Source of the DNA: Pseudomonadota bacterium
GTDB taxonomy: Bacteria; Bdellovibrionota_B; Oligoflexia; Silvanigrellales; Silvanigrellaceae
Reading direction: 5' to 3'
Assembly: GCA_039799905.1 (NCBI GenBank)
Contig: JBDLRP010000039.1
Location: 139,749-203,748, forward strand
Length of the DNA: 64,000 nucleotides
The notes under the pieces are model-generated. The model was not told the origin of the DNA and searched no databases. It was given only the letters and a program-made list of their open reading frames with translations. Shown piece after piece: positions 50,078 through 61,172 of this stretch. Position 1 is the first letter of the stretch. The number at the start of each line of letters is the position of its first letter. A program made the translations under genes and the position numbers.

Positions 50078-51310
50078 TCAACGGGCTAGAACTGCCTTTT
50101 CAATTTGGGTCATCGCCCAGTCGAGAGATTCTTCAGCAATCACCAGTGGAGGTGCAAAGCGGATAGTTGTCGAGCGAGTTTCTTTCGCGAGAACTCCGCT
50201 GAGTGCCATCCGCTCGCTGTATTTACGCGCAGGACCAGCTTTCTCAGTCAGCTCAATTGCGTTCAACAAACCTTTTCCACGCACTTCTTTCACAAGATCA
50301 ACTGGCAAGTTGCGTCTCAAGCGGGTTCTGAATTTTTCACCCAAAACTGAAGCCCGTTCTGCCAATCCCTCGTCCTTGAGAATGCGCATAGCCGTGCGCG
50401 AAAGAGCACACGCCAAGGGGTTGCCGCCAAAGGTCGAACCATGGTCACCCGGCTTAAGAAGCCCCAACACAGCTTCAGTGCCAACCACAGCTGAAATCGG
50501 ATAAAATCCGCCACCCAGAGCTTTACCCAGAATGATCAATTCTGGTTCACAATTTTCATGCTGATAGCAAAACATTTTTCCGGTGCGGCAGAGTCCAGTC
50601 TGGATTTCATCGACCATCAACAGAACATTATTTTTCTTACAAATCCGATCGCACTCGGCGAGAAATCCCTCCGGTGGAACAATCACGCCGGCTTCGCCTT
50701 GAATTGGCTCAACCAAAAACCCAACTGTGTTCGGGGTAATCGCAGATTCCAGCGCCTTTGCATCTCCATAGGGAATAACTTTGAATCCGCCACTGAATGG
50801 TCCAAAGTCTGCGCGGTATTGAGGGTCGGTTGAAAAGCCGACAATCATAGTCGTACGGCCATGAAAATTTGCATCACAGACAATGATTTCTGCCTGATCG
50901 TGCGGAACCTTCTTAACGAGGTAACCCCATTTGCGTGCAAGCTTTACCGCTGTTTCAACGGCTTCTGCGCCGGAGTTCATGGGCAGAGCACGATCACGCG
51001 AACAGAGTTGGGTCAACTCCTGCAGCCATGGTCCAATCTGGTCGTTGTAAAATGCTCTGGACGTGAGAGTCATTCTCGATGCCTGCTGCATCAGAGTGTC
51101 CAACATTCTCGGATGGACGTGTCCCTGATTGACGGCACTATAGGCACTCAACATGTCCAGATAGCGCTTTCCGTCGACGTCCCAGACCCATTCTTTTTCG
51201 CCACGCGCAAGAACAACCGGAATTGGGTGATAATTGTGAGCACCGTAAACATCATTAAGATGCACATGCATCTGCCCGAGATTCGAGAGCGGTAGGTTCA
51301 TGTCTGCCAT
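50078..51310 (-). CDS. rocD: Ornithine aminotransferase
   Basis: [61 protein letters not shown]. Confidence 0.95.
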   Translation of the reverse strand: MADMNLPLSNLGQMHVHLNDVYGAHNYHPIPVVLARGEKEWVWDVDGKRYLDMLSAYSAVNQGHVHPRMLDTLMQQASRMTLTSRAFYNDQIGPWLQELTQLCSRDRALPMNSGAEAVETAVKLARKWGYLVKKVPHDQAEIIVCDANFHGRTTMIVGFSTDPQYRADFGPFSGGFKVIPYGDAKALESAITPNTVGFLVEPIQGEAGVIVPPEGFLAECDRICKKNNVLLMVDEIQTGLCRTGKMFCYQHENCEPELIILGKALGGGFYPISAVVGTEAVLGLLKPGDHGSTFGGNPLACALSRTAMRILKDEGLAERASVLGEKFRTRLRRNLPVDLVKEVRGKGLLNAIELTEKAGPARKYSERMALSGVLAKETRSTTIRFAPPLVIAEESLDWAMTQIEKAVLAR

Positions 51311-51414
51311 TGGGTCTGTTCCTGTTTTTGTTGAGTCAAACTTGTCTTGTTATCAATACCGGAGCATATGTACGAAGAAAAGGCGGCACCCTGCAGACTG
51401 CAAGGAATATAAGC

Positions 51415-51813
51415 ATGAGTTCTGTGCAAAATAACAACGAATTGTGTTGGATTCACATCCGCGACGTCTACACGTTCCTCTATCTTGGGGCAAATCCGCA
51501 CGAACAGAAGGTCGGACAAAATTTGAAAATTGACCTCAGTGTGCAGGTCCCATATCGCAATACTCAAGATAGTCTTGAAAATGTTGTTGATTATAGCAAA
51601 ATCATCGAACGCGTGCAGGGCTATATTCAGGGCTTGGGGCGTGTCAGCCTTCTTGAATACCTCGCAGAAGAGTTGTTGAACGTTATCGAGAACGAGTTTC
51701 AAGGTGTCAGAGCGGCAAGAATTGTTCTCTACAAAGCGTTTGTTCCGCTCAGCCATTTCACCGGCTCCGTGGCCATTGAGGTCGAAAGAGAATTCTCCAA
51801 GAAGGTAACCTGA
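51415..51813 (+). CDS. folB: Dihydroneopterin aldolase
   Basis: LGANPHEQKVGQNLKIDL, DSLENVVDY, LLEYLAE, VLYK. Confidence 0.85.
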   Translation: MSSVQNNNELCWIHIRDVYTFLYLGANPHEQKVGQNLKIDLSVQVPYRNTQDSLENVVDYSKIIERVQGYIQGLGRVSLLEYLAEELLNVIENEFQGVRAARIVLYKAFVPLSHFTGSVAIEVEREFSKKVT

Positions 51814-51896
51814 AAAACCCTTTCGAGAATGACGACTGACCACGCTTTGTGGATAGTGAACTCGCAGCCACCAGTCGCGTCGCGCTAAACAAAGAA

Positions 51897-51930
51897 GAAG
51901 GCGGACCCCCTTTTCAGGAGTCCGCCTTCA
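51897..51930. terminator. Hairpin between convergent folB and rpoD
   Basis: GAAGGCGGAC..GTCCGCCTTC. Confidence 0.7.
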
Positions 51931-51972
51931 GCATTTTAAGCCCCTCAGCAGAAGCTCAGCTCATAGCCGTCA

Positions 51973-54609
51973 TCAGCTTTCGATGAACGCCTTAAGCTTT
52001 TTGGAGCGGCAAGGATGGCGCAGTTTACGCAATGCCTTGGCTTCGATCTGACGGATACGCTCGCGCGTTACGTCGAAGCTCTGGCCCACTTCCTCGAGGG
52101 TGTGGTCCGTCTTCTCGCCAATACCAAAACGCATGCGCAATACTTTTTCTTCGCGCGGGGTGAGAGTTGCAAGAACCTTTTTGGTTTGGTCCGACAAACT
52201 CTGGTTCGCAACGATGTCTACAGGTGCGCCACGCGTCTTGTCTTCGAGGAAGTCACCATAATGGTTGTCTTCCTCTTCACCGATTGGCGCCTCGAGCGAA
52301 ATAGGTTCACGGGCAATTTTCATCACCTTGCGAACTTTTTCCAAGCTCATATCCATCCGCTGAGCGATCTCTTCAGGAGTCGGCTCACGGCCCATCTCCT
52401 GCACAAGGTAACGGCTCGTCCGAACCATTTTGTTGATCGTTTCGATCATGTGCACGGGAATGCGGATTGTACGCGCCTGATCGGCAATCGCACGGGTTAT
52501 TGCCTGACGAATCCACCATGTCGCGTAGGTACTGAACTTGTATCCACGACGGTATTCGAACTTCTCGACCGCCTTCATTAGACCAATGTTGCCTTCCTGA
52601 ATGAGGTCAAGGAACTGCAAACCACGGTTCATGTACTTTTTGGCAATTGACACAACCAGCCTAAGGTTTGCTTCGATCAGCTCGCGCTTGGCGTCTTCCG
52701 CCTGACGGTTTGCGGTGCTGACAACCTGGTACATGCGAGGAATCTCTTTGCGCTGCAAAAAGCAAGCTTCCTCGCTTCCGCGGATCGTCTGCTGGGTATT
52801 CACATAAGAGCGCTTGCACGCCTCCCATTCACGCTCCGAGAGGAAGTTGACTTCCAACGGCCGTGGCGCATCCGCCTCAGCATAGGCCTTCAGTTTCGTT
52901 TCATCCATGCGTGTCCGGTACTTGAGCTTGTTGAGCTCTTTCTCGACGTCCGCGACTGCTTTCGCATGCATGTCGAGCTCAGACGTAATCTGCTGAATAA
53001 TCCTGCGGTTGATGTTAATTTCTTTGACGAGCTCAAACATCTGCGAGCGCGACTCGTTGAGCGTCTTTTTGTCGGAGGTAGTCGCGTTCTCGAGGTGTTC
53101 GAAACCGTATTTATCTTCCAGAGTCAAAGCTAACTGAGCCTGCTGCAGAAAACCCTCGACCAACGCGCGCACGCGTGCGGTCTGGCCTTCATCAGTGGCT
53201 TGGTCCTGCTCGTCGTCAAATCCCTTGACCAAGTTTTTTGCCTTGATTGCACCATCGAGAAACTTCTGACCGATTTCGCTGATGTGACGGACACCCAGTC
53301 TGAGGTTCACCAAGTGCTGCAAAAGCTTGTTTTCTTCGTTTTCAATTTTCTTTGCGATTTCAACTTCACCGTCGCGCGACAAGAGGGCAACTTGTCCCAT
53401 TTTGCGCAGGTAAATGCGCACAGGGTCGTTGCTCCGTCCCAGAGAGGAATCAAGATCCTCTTCCTCAACCGCTTCCGCACCGAAGTCATCATTGGCAAAG
53501 ATATCGTCATCCGACATTGCAGCGCCGTCTTCGGGCTCTGCATCCAAATCGGGACCAAGATCCTCGAGGTCGGCGTCGAAATCGGCGCTGGGCTCAACGT
53601 CCTCGAGCTCTCCGTCAGCCGGTCCTTCCTCGCCGTCAGTCGCGCCTTTCTTCTTGGCCTTCTGTGGCTTCTCGGCAACACTCGCACCATCGACGGTCCG
53701 GCTTGCATTCTTCTTGTCTGCCTTCTTGGCAACTTCGCCACTGGCAGCCGCCTTGGTTACCGGTTCAGCAGCGGAAGATTCTCCTCCCGCTTTGCTGCCG
53801 GATGTCTTCGCTTGACTCTTTGCCGCAGCTGGTTTGGCAGCCGCTTCTGAGCTTGATGCCGTTTGCTTTGCCGATGTCTTTTCCTTCGCTGGCGCGGAGT
53901 CTTGCTCGGCGCTCGCCGGTGACGGCACAGCTTTCAAACGAGCCCTACCCGAGGAGGCGGCAGATCCCGCCACCTGTTCTTTTTCGGTTGCCTTAGTTTG
54001 CGGTGCCTTGGCCTTGTTTTGATTCTTGCTATCCGCCCGTTCTGGTAGTGCAACCGCTACGGCTGTTTTCTTGGCTGCTGCTGAAGCCGGCGGAAGGGCC
54101 GTCGCTTTGGCGGCAGGCACAGCCTTGCTGGCCTTTACGGGAACAACAGGAACTTTCGCTGCAGGTTTGGAAACCGGAGCGGGCTGAGGCTTGCTCGCAA
54201 CGCTTGGTGTCTTTTTGTTCGCCGGCCCCTGTGCATTAACCTTCCCCTTCACAATAGGTTTTGCGGAGGTTTTGGCCACAGGCTTAAGCTGTGGGCGCTG
54301 CTGAACAGCAACCTTTTTCGCTGGCGGGAGCGGTTTTTTGGCAGCAGGTTGCGGCTTGCGGGCTGGTGCCGGTTGCGCCTTGCGGGCTGGTGCAAGCTTA
54401 CTTGGTTTGCCAACATTTTTCTTGGCAGAGGCAACTGGCTTTCCACTTGCCGGTTTGTGCGCCTTGGTCTTGGATGCGGGCACACGTGAAGCCGTCGACA
54501 CCTTGGCCTTCGGAGATTGCATCTTGCCGACCTTCTTTGCGGTGGTCACCACACTTTTGCTGTTTTTCTTTGAAGATTTTGAAGTTGATTTTCCCTTGCC
54601 AGCAGCCAT
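51973..54609 (-). CDS. rpoD: Primary sigma factor RpoD with very long N-terminal low-complexity region
   Basis: [53 protein letters not shown]. Confidence 0.97.
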   Translation of the reverse strand: MAAGKGKSTSKSSKKNSKSVVTTAKKVGKMQSPKAKVSTASRVPASKTKAHKPASGKPVASAKKNVGKPSKLAPARKAQPAPARKPQPAAKKPLPPAKKVAVQQRPQLKPVAKTSAKPIVKGKVNAQGPANKKTPSVASKPQPAPVSKPAAKVPVVPVKASKAVPAAKATALPPASAAAKKTAVAVALPERADSKNQNKAKAPQTKATEKEQVAGSAASSGRARLKAVPSPASAEQDSAPAKEKTSAKQTASSSEAAAKPAAAKSQAKTSGSKAGGESSAAEPVTKAAASGEVAKKADKKNASRTVDGASVAEKPQKAKKKGATDGEEGPADGELEDVEPSADFDADLEDLGPDLDAEPEDGAAMSDDDIFANDDFGAEAVEEEDLDSSLGRSNDPVRIYLRKMGQVALLSRDGEVEIAKKIENEENKLLQHLVNLRLGVRHISEIGQKFLDGAIKAKNLVKGFDDEQDQATDEGQTARVRALVEGFLQQAQLALTLEDKYGFEHLENATTSDKKTLNESRSQMFELVKEININRRIIQQITSELDMHAKAVADVEKELNKLKYRTRMDETKLKAYAEADAPRPLEVNFLSEREWEACKRSYVNTQQTIRGSEEACFLQRKEIPRMYQVVSTANRQAEDAKRELIEANLRLVVSIAKKYMNRGLQFLDLIQEGNIGLMKAVEKFEYRRGYKFSTYATWWIRQAITRAIADQARTIRIPVHMIETINKMVRTSRYLVQEMGREPTPEEIAQRMDMSLEKVRKVMKIAREPISLEAPIGEEEDNHYGDFLEDKTRGAPVDIVANQSLSDQTKKVLATLTPREEKVLRMRFGIGEKTDHTLEEVGQSFDVTRERIRQIEAKALRKLRHPCRSKKLKAFIES

Positions 54610-54739
54610 GGAGAACTCCCTTTTAACACAGCAAAAGACTCAGCTCATATTCGGAGCCACCCGAAAACACACGCCGAGCACCCATGATCGAAACACCTAC
54701 ACATATTCACGAGAATGAAATATTGCAAGCCCCAGAAAC

Positions 54740-56887
54740 TCAAGGACTCGAACGCTGGATAAATTTCTGGTGCCGGCGGACCCTCTCACCGGCGAGTTTT
54801 CGCAGTCTGAACTGCAAAGCCTCAATGACGTCTTGATCAGGAGAATTACCCGATTCGCACTCGCGAATCTCCCGATTCGTCTTCTCAATTTCCTGATCTA
54901 AATAGAAAATTTCAACTTGAGCCAGTGTCCGGCTGAGCATCTGGGAGAGGTTGGACCGGGCCCTCGACACTTTCACGTCTCTCACAATCATGCGAACAAA
55001 CGGCAGGTTGACAGGATCCTTCAGGTCCGCCTGATTTCTCAGCTTGGGGGCCACAGTTTGACTTTCCGGTGGCTCCAGAACACCACGGACCCAATCATCG
55101 AGACCCGCCTCCATGAGACCCTCGGGGTCAAGCGATCCGAGGGCCCGAAGTTCCATAATTGCCCTATCTGCAGGCACCATCGCAGATGGCAAATCAACCA
55201 GCGACCGCTCATCCTGCTGCTGCAAAAGTATTTCACTCCAAGACAAAAAGGCCTGCCCCAAGGCCCGCGCCATCCCAACCGAAAGGTACTGGGCGAGCAC
55301 GATCTCGTCCATCGGCTCATCGCCTTGTTCACCACGCAAGACATTTCTCAATCGCATCGGAAGCATCGAAAAATGTGCGTGTGCGAGCGACAAAAAAAGC
55401 GCCGCTTCTTCGGCTGATGAAACCGGACTGGGTTGTCGGTCGTTCGCAGGCTCCTGCCCGGAATCAAAGCCGTTCTGTGAGGTCTGCCCCGTGTGTTGAT
55501 TTTCCTGCGGGCGGGGATTGCTTTGCGATTCTGAAAAACGTGGGATTTTTCCACCCGCTACCGGTCCGGCCCCCGTCGTCAGCGAGCTAATCTTGGAAAG
55601 CCCCAGTGCGACTGTTGCCATTTCGAGCGTAATCTCGCGCACTGCCGGATCGGGATTTTTCATTACCACCGGCACGAAATCATTTTTAATGCGCCGCAAT
55701 TGGGATTCACGGGTTGTGCTTTGCGACATATACCAATCACAAACCCAACTCGCGAGCGGAACCGCACGCGAAATTAACGTCGCAAAACCCTCCGAACCAT
55801 GCTCACGTATGTAGTCATCCGGATCTTTTCCACTTGGTACGGACACGAATTGCAACTCGAGAAGGTTCAGCGGAAATCCAGTTTCAAAAGCCTTGCGAGC
55901 AGCCTCTCGACCGGCGTTGTCGCTATCGAAGCAGAGCACGACCTGCTTGGCGACACGCGCGAGTTTCCGCAAATGGTCAGCAGTCAGTGCAGTTCCCAGA
56001 ACGGCGACAACATTTTGAATACCTGCGCGGGCTATCGCGAGACAGTCCATATAGCCCTCAACCACAATCACGTGCCCCGCCTGCACAATTGCACTTCTTG
56101 CGCGGTTAAAATTGAACAACGTGCGAGATTTTTGAAAGAGCGGCGTTTCGGGTGAATTGAGATATTTTGGACCGGCGCTTTTGCCGCTCGGGTTTTCGCG
56201 AAAAACGCGTCCGCCAAACGCAACCGGCATGCCCTTTTCATCTCGTATGGGAATCATAATTCTGTCGCGGAAGAAATCATAAAACTCGTTGGTATTTTCG
56301 CGTTGGCGGAGAAGTCCCGCATCGATCATGTCGGATTTGCTCCAGCCACGCTTTTCTGCCATCCGAAGCAGCACACTATTTTGCGGCGCGAGGCCGATTT
56401 CCCAGTCGCGAATGCTGTTTTCCGTAAAGCCCCTCTGCAAAAGATACTGAAGAGCAACACGTCCTTCAGCAGTCCACAGATACTGTGCATATGCGCGGGT
56501 CACCTCACCCATGATGTGTGCAACTGACTTTCTCTGTTCGCGAAGCAGTCGGTCTTTCTCGGATTCTTTACCCGTGGATTCATATTCAAGTGTAAAATTG
56601 AATCGCCTCGCGAGTGTTTCCACAGCCTCAGGAAAGGTACATCCCGTGCGACCGATTTCAAATGCAATCGCATCGCCATGCGCCTTGCATCCGAAACAGT
56701 GATAGTGCTTGTCATCAACGAGGAACGAAGGAGATGAGTCTTCGTGGAAAGGACATTTGCCCATGTAGCGCGATCCGCTCTTTCGCAAACTCACAGTCTG
56801 CGAAACAACCTCGATTAGGTTGATCCGCTCGCGTAGAGCCTCAATCGATGATTCGCGGATTCTGCCGCTCGCAAGGTTCTGATTCAT
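54740..56887 (-). CDS. dnaG: DNA primase
   Basis: CPFH...CFGC zinc finger, FGGR, KYLNSPET, VEGYMD, FDSDNAG, KDPDD. Confidence 0.96.
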   Translation of the reverse strand: MNQNLASGRIRESSIEALRERINLIEVVSQTVSLRKSGSRYMGKCPFHEDSSPSFLVDDKHYHCFGCKAHGDAIAFEIGRTGCTFPEAVETLARRFNFTLEYESTGKESEKDRLLREQRKSVAHIMGEVTRAYAQYLWTAEGRVALQYLLQRGFTENSIRDWEIGLAPQNSVLLRMAEKRGWSKSDMIDAGLLRQRENTNEFYDFFRDRIMIPIRDEKGMPVAFGGRVFRENPSGKSAGPKYLNSPETPLFQKSRTLFNFNRARSAIVQAGHVIVVEGYMDCLAIARAGIQNVVAVLGTALTADHLRKLARVAKQVVLCFDSDNAGREAARKAFETGFPLNLLELQFVSVPSGKDPDDYIREHGSEGFATLISRAVPLASWVCDWYMSQSTTRESQLRRIKNDFVPVVMKNPDPAVREITLEMATVALGLSKISSLTTGAGPVAGGKIPRFSESQSNPRPQENQHTGQTSQNGFDSGQEPANDRQPSPVSSAEEAALFLSLAHAHFSMLPMRLRNVLRGEQGDEPMDEIVLAQYLSVGMARALGQAFLSWSEILLQQQDERSLVDLPSAMVPADRAIMELRALGSLDPEGLMEAGLDDWVRGVLEPPESQTVAPKLRNQADLKDPVNLPFVRMIVRDVKVSRARSNLSQMLSRTLAQVEIFYLDQEIEKTNREIRECESGNSPDQDVIEALQFRLRKLAGERVRRHQKFIQRSSP

Positions 56888-56904
56888 GCTTCATGTGCTA
56901 GATA

Positions 56905-56932
56905 AAGAAAAAGGAGGACGCAAGGTCCTCCT
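56905..56932 (-). terminator. Intra-operon terminator between rpsU and dnaG
   Basis: Minus strand AGGAGGAC-cttgc-GTCCTCCT-TTTTCTTT. Confidence 0.75.
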
Positions 56933-56961
56933 CAACTCACTTGGCTGTTTTGCTGAAACTA

Positions 56962-57159
56962 TTAAGTTCCGAGCTTCTTCAGCTTCTTGAGAGCGCGCTT
57001 GCGCGCAGCCATACGTTTACGCTTGATCTTGACCGAAGGCTTTTCGTAATGCTCACGCTTACGAACCTCGGAAAGGATGCCTGCTTTTTCGCACTGCTTC
57101 TTGAAACGACGCATTGCGCTTTCAAACGCTTCGCCTTCTTTCAGTTTGACAACTGGCAT
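56962..57159 (-). CDS. rpsU: 30S ribosomal protein S21
   Basis: [28 protein letters not shown]; rpsU-dnaG-rpoD synteny. Confidence 0.97.
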   Translation of the reverse strand: MPVVKLKEGEAFESAMRRFKKQCEKAGILSEVRKREHYEKPSVKIKRKRMAARKRALKKLKKLGT

Positions 57160-57558
57160 ATCATTCACCCCCCTTCGGTCGCTTTTTACGTCCCGCCAAC
57201 ATTGGGCAGGCTCTTTCGCGGAAGTGGTGGATAACAGCCAGAGGCCGTCGATGCAAGTCAGCAGTGAAGAAAGTCGTCGCCAACAACGGCAATCAAGGCA
57301 CCATCAAAAATGGCCAATAGATTTGCTGCGTTCATAACTATCTCTTCGAATCTCGGACCCTCGGTGCCTCGGTCACCACAATTCGCAAAGACCAGCCAGG
57401 TATCAGATTTCGATACTTGTTAGAATGCCCCTGCCTGCCAAGCTGCAGGCGGCATAGAGAGATGAGCAATGCCCGGCCATTGTTAATAGCCCAACCGATA
57501 GCCGGGCAGTCCTACCACACACCGCCTCAAACCAGATCCCCGCAACACCCTCTCTCCA

Positions 57559-58674
57559 TCATCTCTCCATCTTGCAGGCGGGCACTGTCAAAAAAGAGTA
57601 GACAAAACCCTCCTGCTGCCCGCCTGTACTGGCGCAGGCTGCACGAACTTTGATCCACTGACCTTCTGTACTGATACGCTCGGCCATCGTTCCGTTTGCA
57701 ACTTTGCACTTGATTGCACCCGCCGGTGACGAACGTAAGTTGACTCCCGCGGGATCCTTTTTGTCGAGAATCTCAAGCTTATTGCAGTCAGCAAGTTTTG
57801 GAGGCTCACTCGCCGCATCACCGCCAGAGACCACGAAGGGTTTCACGTCACCCTTGCCGTCGGTGATTTTTCCCTGATTCGCCTTCACTTCCCGGATGAG
57901 TTCCACAGGAATGGAGAGGGTCACAAAATAATTCGTCGGATCAAGGTCATCAATTTGAGGTATTTTAACAAGCACATTTTCCGGCGTTCCCGATGTATCT
58001 CTCTTGAGATAAATCCATGGTGTTGGCATCCAAAGCCGGCGGTAACCTTTGTTGTACCAATCCATCGGAATCATATAGTTCCGCCACATTTTTTGTGGAT
58101 CATTGTCCGGACGATACCAGTTGTTGTGGTAAATCTTGATGTATCCGGAATCATCGATATCACCGACCAGCGCGATGTGGCCGTCGCCGGCTTGTCCGGA
58201 GCAGTCAGCCCTCAGACAACCGCTGACGAACGACCCAACAGGAATGCGCCCGCCGAAAACATTCTTGATCTTGGCAGCAATCGCTCTCGGGTCCTTCGGA
58301 AGTTGAATGACGATACCACCGCGCTTCTTGACCCCGTTCACCATGTCAATCAGAAGCGGTGAGCTATATCCGGTGACACCGGCCATTTCCAAAACACGCG
58401 ACGCATTGGTGGCGCACATTGCAGGCTGTGCAAAGTAGTCTGCCCTGCTCAGCTGTCCTTTTTCCCACTCCTTCATAGCTGCAAATATCTTTGCACCGGT
58501 CGGTGTGATCAAATGAAAGCGGGTGTTTGGAAAATAAGTTTCGGGATTGCCCGTCAATGATTGAACGGGAGCTTCAGAAGGGCTCAACTCAGACTCGTTA
58601 TGGCTGCGTTGCTTGCAACCGGTCAGCATGAACCCCAAGACAAGAGAACTCACAACGGACTTACGAATCTTCAT
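57559..58674 (-). CDS. Lipoprotein with Cys-His (CHAP/NlpC-P60-like) amidase domain and C-terminal SH3b
   Basis: Lipobox LTGC-KQR; MCATNASRVL, GHIALV, IYHNN; VNLRSSP...WIKVR...EGFVYS. Confidence 0.7.
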   Translation of the reverse strand: MKIRKSVVSSLVLGFMLTGCKQRSHNESELSPSEAPVQSLTGNPETYFPNTRFHLITPTGAKIFAAMKEWEKGQLSRADYFAQPAMCATNASRVLEMAGVTGYSSPLLIDMVNGVKKRGGIVIQLPKDPRAIAAKIKNVFGGRIPVGSFVSGCLRADCSGQAGDGHIALVGDIDDSGYIKIYHNNWYRPDNDPQKMWRNYMIPMDWYNKGYRRLWMPTPWIYLKRDTSGTPENVLVKIPQIDDLDPTNYFVTLSIPVELIREVKANQGKITDGKGDVKPFVVSGGDAASEPPKLADCNKLEILDKKDPAGVNLRSSPAGAIKCKVANGTMAERISTEGQWIKVRAACASTGGQQEGFVYSFLTVPACKMER

Positions 58675-58901
58675 TTTATATCTCCTCATAGCAGTCACTC
58701 AGGAATGATACATCACAAAACAAAGTTCTCTTTGAACAGAGGTACGATCTCAACCGTCAAAAATCCAAACCCACACGCACCGGCGATTCGAAGACAAGTC
58801 AAGATTTGGAAGCCGTCAAACGGCTCATGTCAAACTCGCGAACTAACCGGAGATAGACCCCAATCACAAATTGCGACAGCCTCAAGAATCCGGAGGTTGC
58901 C

Positions 58902-60440
58902 ATGCTGAAGTTACTGCTCAAACTCACCGCCCCGTTGATTTCTGCTTTTGTTTTTTCCGCCTGCGGCCACAACACTACAAGCTCATTGGCATCACGAAGA
59001 GCATTGCAAACAACAATCACACACGATACCGGCGCAACCCTGGAAGAAATTTTACAATACGAAAAAATACAATCCGCTTGTCTGGAATATTGGCAGCTTC
59101 TGGATGCAGAGGACAAACCACTTGCCTCTACAGACGCTAAGAAATTTTATGAATTGGAAGTGTTGTGCGGAAAGTGGATGTTCATCGGTTGGGAAACATC
59201 AGGAAAAATGCCGCTTCCAGAGATATTGCTTGATGCCATGGAGCGCTCATGGCCAGAACGTGTCGGTCAGAATTTTTCAAATCTTGGATTTCTGGCAAAT
59301 CCATCGGACCCATCCGGACGTCCGCTGGGCATCGCGCGTTCTACAACACGCTATACCGGCATGCCATCTGTGAATGTCACCTGCGCAGCTTGTCATGTGG
59401 GCAAGCTTCCCGACGGACGCTATGCGATTGGCGCTCCGAATACAAAATTACACTTGAGCGAGTTCAATTTAATCTCATACTACCCGCTATTCGCCGCAAT
59501 GCACAAAAGAGAGCGAGACAAACTACCTGGCAATATTAAAGTTTACTACGAAGAGCTCGAGCGCAGCGAGCGACGAAGAATCGGCAACGGAGAACGAGGA
59601 ATCGACTGGTCAAATGTCGTCTTTAAATATTCAACCCTGTTGCGCTGGATTGGTATCGGCCCGAAGGGACTGCCCGACGCGCAGTTTGTTGTCATGCCAC
59701 CCGAACGCGACTTGCAATCATGGATGAACGGACGAAGGGGAGTATTTAACCCCGGAGCTCCAATGCTCACGATTCAAGTTGAAAACGTCCCAAACCTGTC
59801 GATACCCCAGTTGTGGGGCATCAGCGGACATGAGACAGAATTCCAAGCGGGACGAGTCGCTCCTGTAGGACAAACTACCAAATACTCCTCGCTTGAAAAA
59901 TTTATTTCTTCGGCTTTCATATATGCGTATCAAGACTTGGCACTTGTAAGGCCACGCTATGTAAATCCACTTGTGTCATTCCTGAGGCAATTGAAAGCGC
60001 CTAAAACTCTCGAATCGATACCGTCGGCAATTTCAGAATCAGGACGAGCGCTCTTTACTGAAAATTGTAAATCTTGTCATGACGGCGCTGCCGGGGAGTC
60101 CACCCGACTCTACCGTTCGGCACTTGTAGGAACACATCCCTCACTTGAAAATCCGCGCGAAAACTATCTGGCGACGACTCCAATCGCAAAGCTTGTTGAC
60201 TCGCTGAGCGAACAATTGAAAGCTGAACTCAGACCTCAACCCTCCGGCATCCGCAGCAGAAGACTTTCCGGTATCTGGAGCAGGCAGGATCTCATGATTG
60301 ATGGTTCAGTTGAAAATCTCGATGATCTGTTCTGCATCAACCGACAACGACTCAGAAGTGGAAGTCCGCACGGGGAACTTTGTGGGAGTTTCAACTTAGA
60401 TGAGAAGACATCGCTCATAGCGTTTTTAAAAACACTCTAA
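58902..60440 (+). CDS. Di-heme c-type cytochrome lipoprotein (RoxA-like architecture)
   Basis: Lipobox FSAC; TCAACH and NCKSCH; C-terminal LIAFLKTL. Confidence 0.75.
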   Translation: MLKLLLKLTAPLISAFVFSACGHNTTSSLASRRALQTTITHDTGATLEEILQYEKIQSACLEYWQLLDAEDKPLASTDAKKFYELEVLCGKWMFIGWETSGKMPLPEILLDAMERSWPERVGQNFSNLGFLANPSDPSGRPLGIARSTTRYTGMPSVNVTCAACHVGKLPDGRYAIGAPNTKLHLSEFNLISYYPLFAAMHKRERDKLPGNIKVYYEELERSERRRIGNGERGIDWSNVVFKYSTLLRWIGIGPKGLPDAQFVVMPPERDLQSWMNGRRGVFNPGAPMLTIQVENVPNLSIPQLWGISGHETEFQAGRVAPVGQTTKYSSLEKFISSAFIYAYQDLALVRPRYVNPLVSFLRQLKAPKTLESIPSAISESGRALFTENCKSCHDGAAGESTRLYRSALVGTHPSLENPRENYLATTPIAKLVDSLSEQLKAELRPQPSGIRSRRLSGIWSRQDLMIDGSVENLDDLFCINRQRLRSGSPHGELCGSFNLDEKTSLIAFLKTL

Positions 60441-60520
60441 GATTTGACATCGTACAGTCCAAGAATGATTTCTCCCGTAGTAAGCTCCTTGTGTGGTTTA
60501 TACAAATACGGAGGTTACCG

Positions 60521-60931
60521 ATGAAATTTCAAGTTTTGGCTCTCTCTGCAGCTTCAGCCTTTTTGCTGACCGGATATGCCAGCAAGTCAAAGAAGCAGAC
60601 TACGACCGCAGCAACTGCTGCCGCTCCGGCCAAGTTTGTTAAAGGCATTCTGGCAGACTCAAAGGGAATGACTCTCTACACATTCGACAAAGACACTGCA
60701 GACTCAGGAAAGAGTGTTTGTAACGACGGATGCATTCAAGCATGGCCAGCGTTGACAGCGACTGCTGATGCAAAAGAAACAGGCGACTTCAAAGTCATCA
60801 CCCGTGATGACGGAAGCAAACAATGGGCACACAAAGGAAAACCACTTTACTACTGGGTGAACGACAAGAAGGCTGGCGACACGACGGGCGATAAATTCAA
60901 CGGCGTATGGCACATCGTCAAGGAAAAATAA
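60521..60931 (+). CDS. COG4315 / Lipoprotein_15 repeat secreted protein
   Basis: GMTLYTFDKD, CNDGCIQAWP, QWAHKGKPLYYWVND, GVWH. Confidence 0.88.
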   Translation: MKFQVLALSAASAFLLTGYASKSKKQTTTAATAAAPAKFVKGILADSKGMTLYTFDKDTADSGKSVCNDGCIQAWPALTATADAKETGDFKVITRDDGSKQWAHKGKPLYYWVNDKKAGDTTGDKFNGVWHIVKEK

Positions 60932-60997
60932 TCCTCGAAAACCGAGGAACTCTTTGGCCGAGTGATACGCAAGTGACAAACTTAAGCTCACGACACG

Positions 60998-61115
60998 ATG
61001 AAAAAGAAATGTGGCACTTAGTCACTGGTGCTGCGTCCGGCTTCGGCAGGGCATTGCTGTCGAACTTGCAAAGCCTAGCTACTGTTTACCGCTGACCGAT
61101 CTTGACTTCGAAGGT
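60998..61115 (+). pseudogene. Frameshifted 5' remnant of a short-chain dehydrogenase gene
   Basis: Reading across frameshifts gives MKK-VAL-VTGAASGFGR-IAVELAK..Y.L.LTDLDFEG (Rossmann TGxxxGxG). Confidence 0.7.
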
Positions 61116-61172
61116 CAGATGCTTCGGAGCTAAACCAAAAGATAACAGTCGATAAACACGGAGCGAGACCTC

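Noticed and set aside
57345..57378. tRNA 3' remnant or att site (TTCGAATC...CACCA)
   Set aside because: Spacing between the T-loop-like sequence and CCA is wrong, and no cloverleaf forms.
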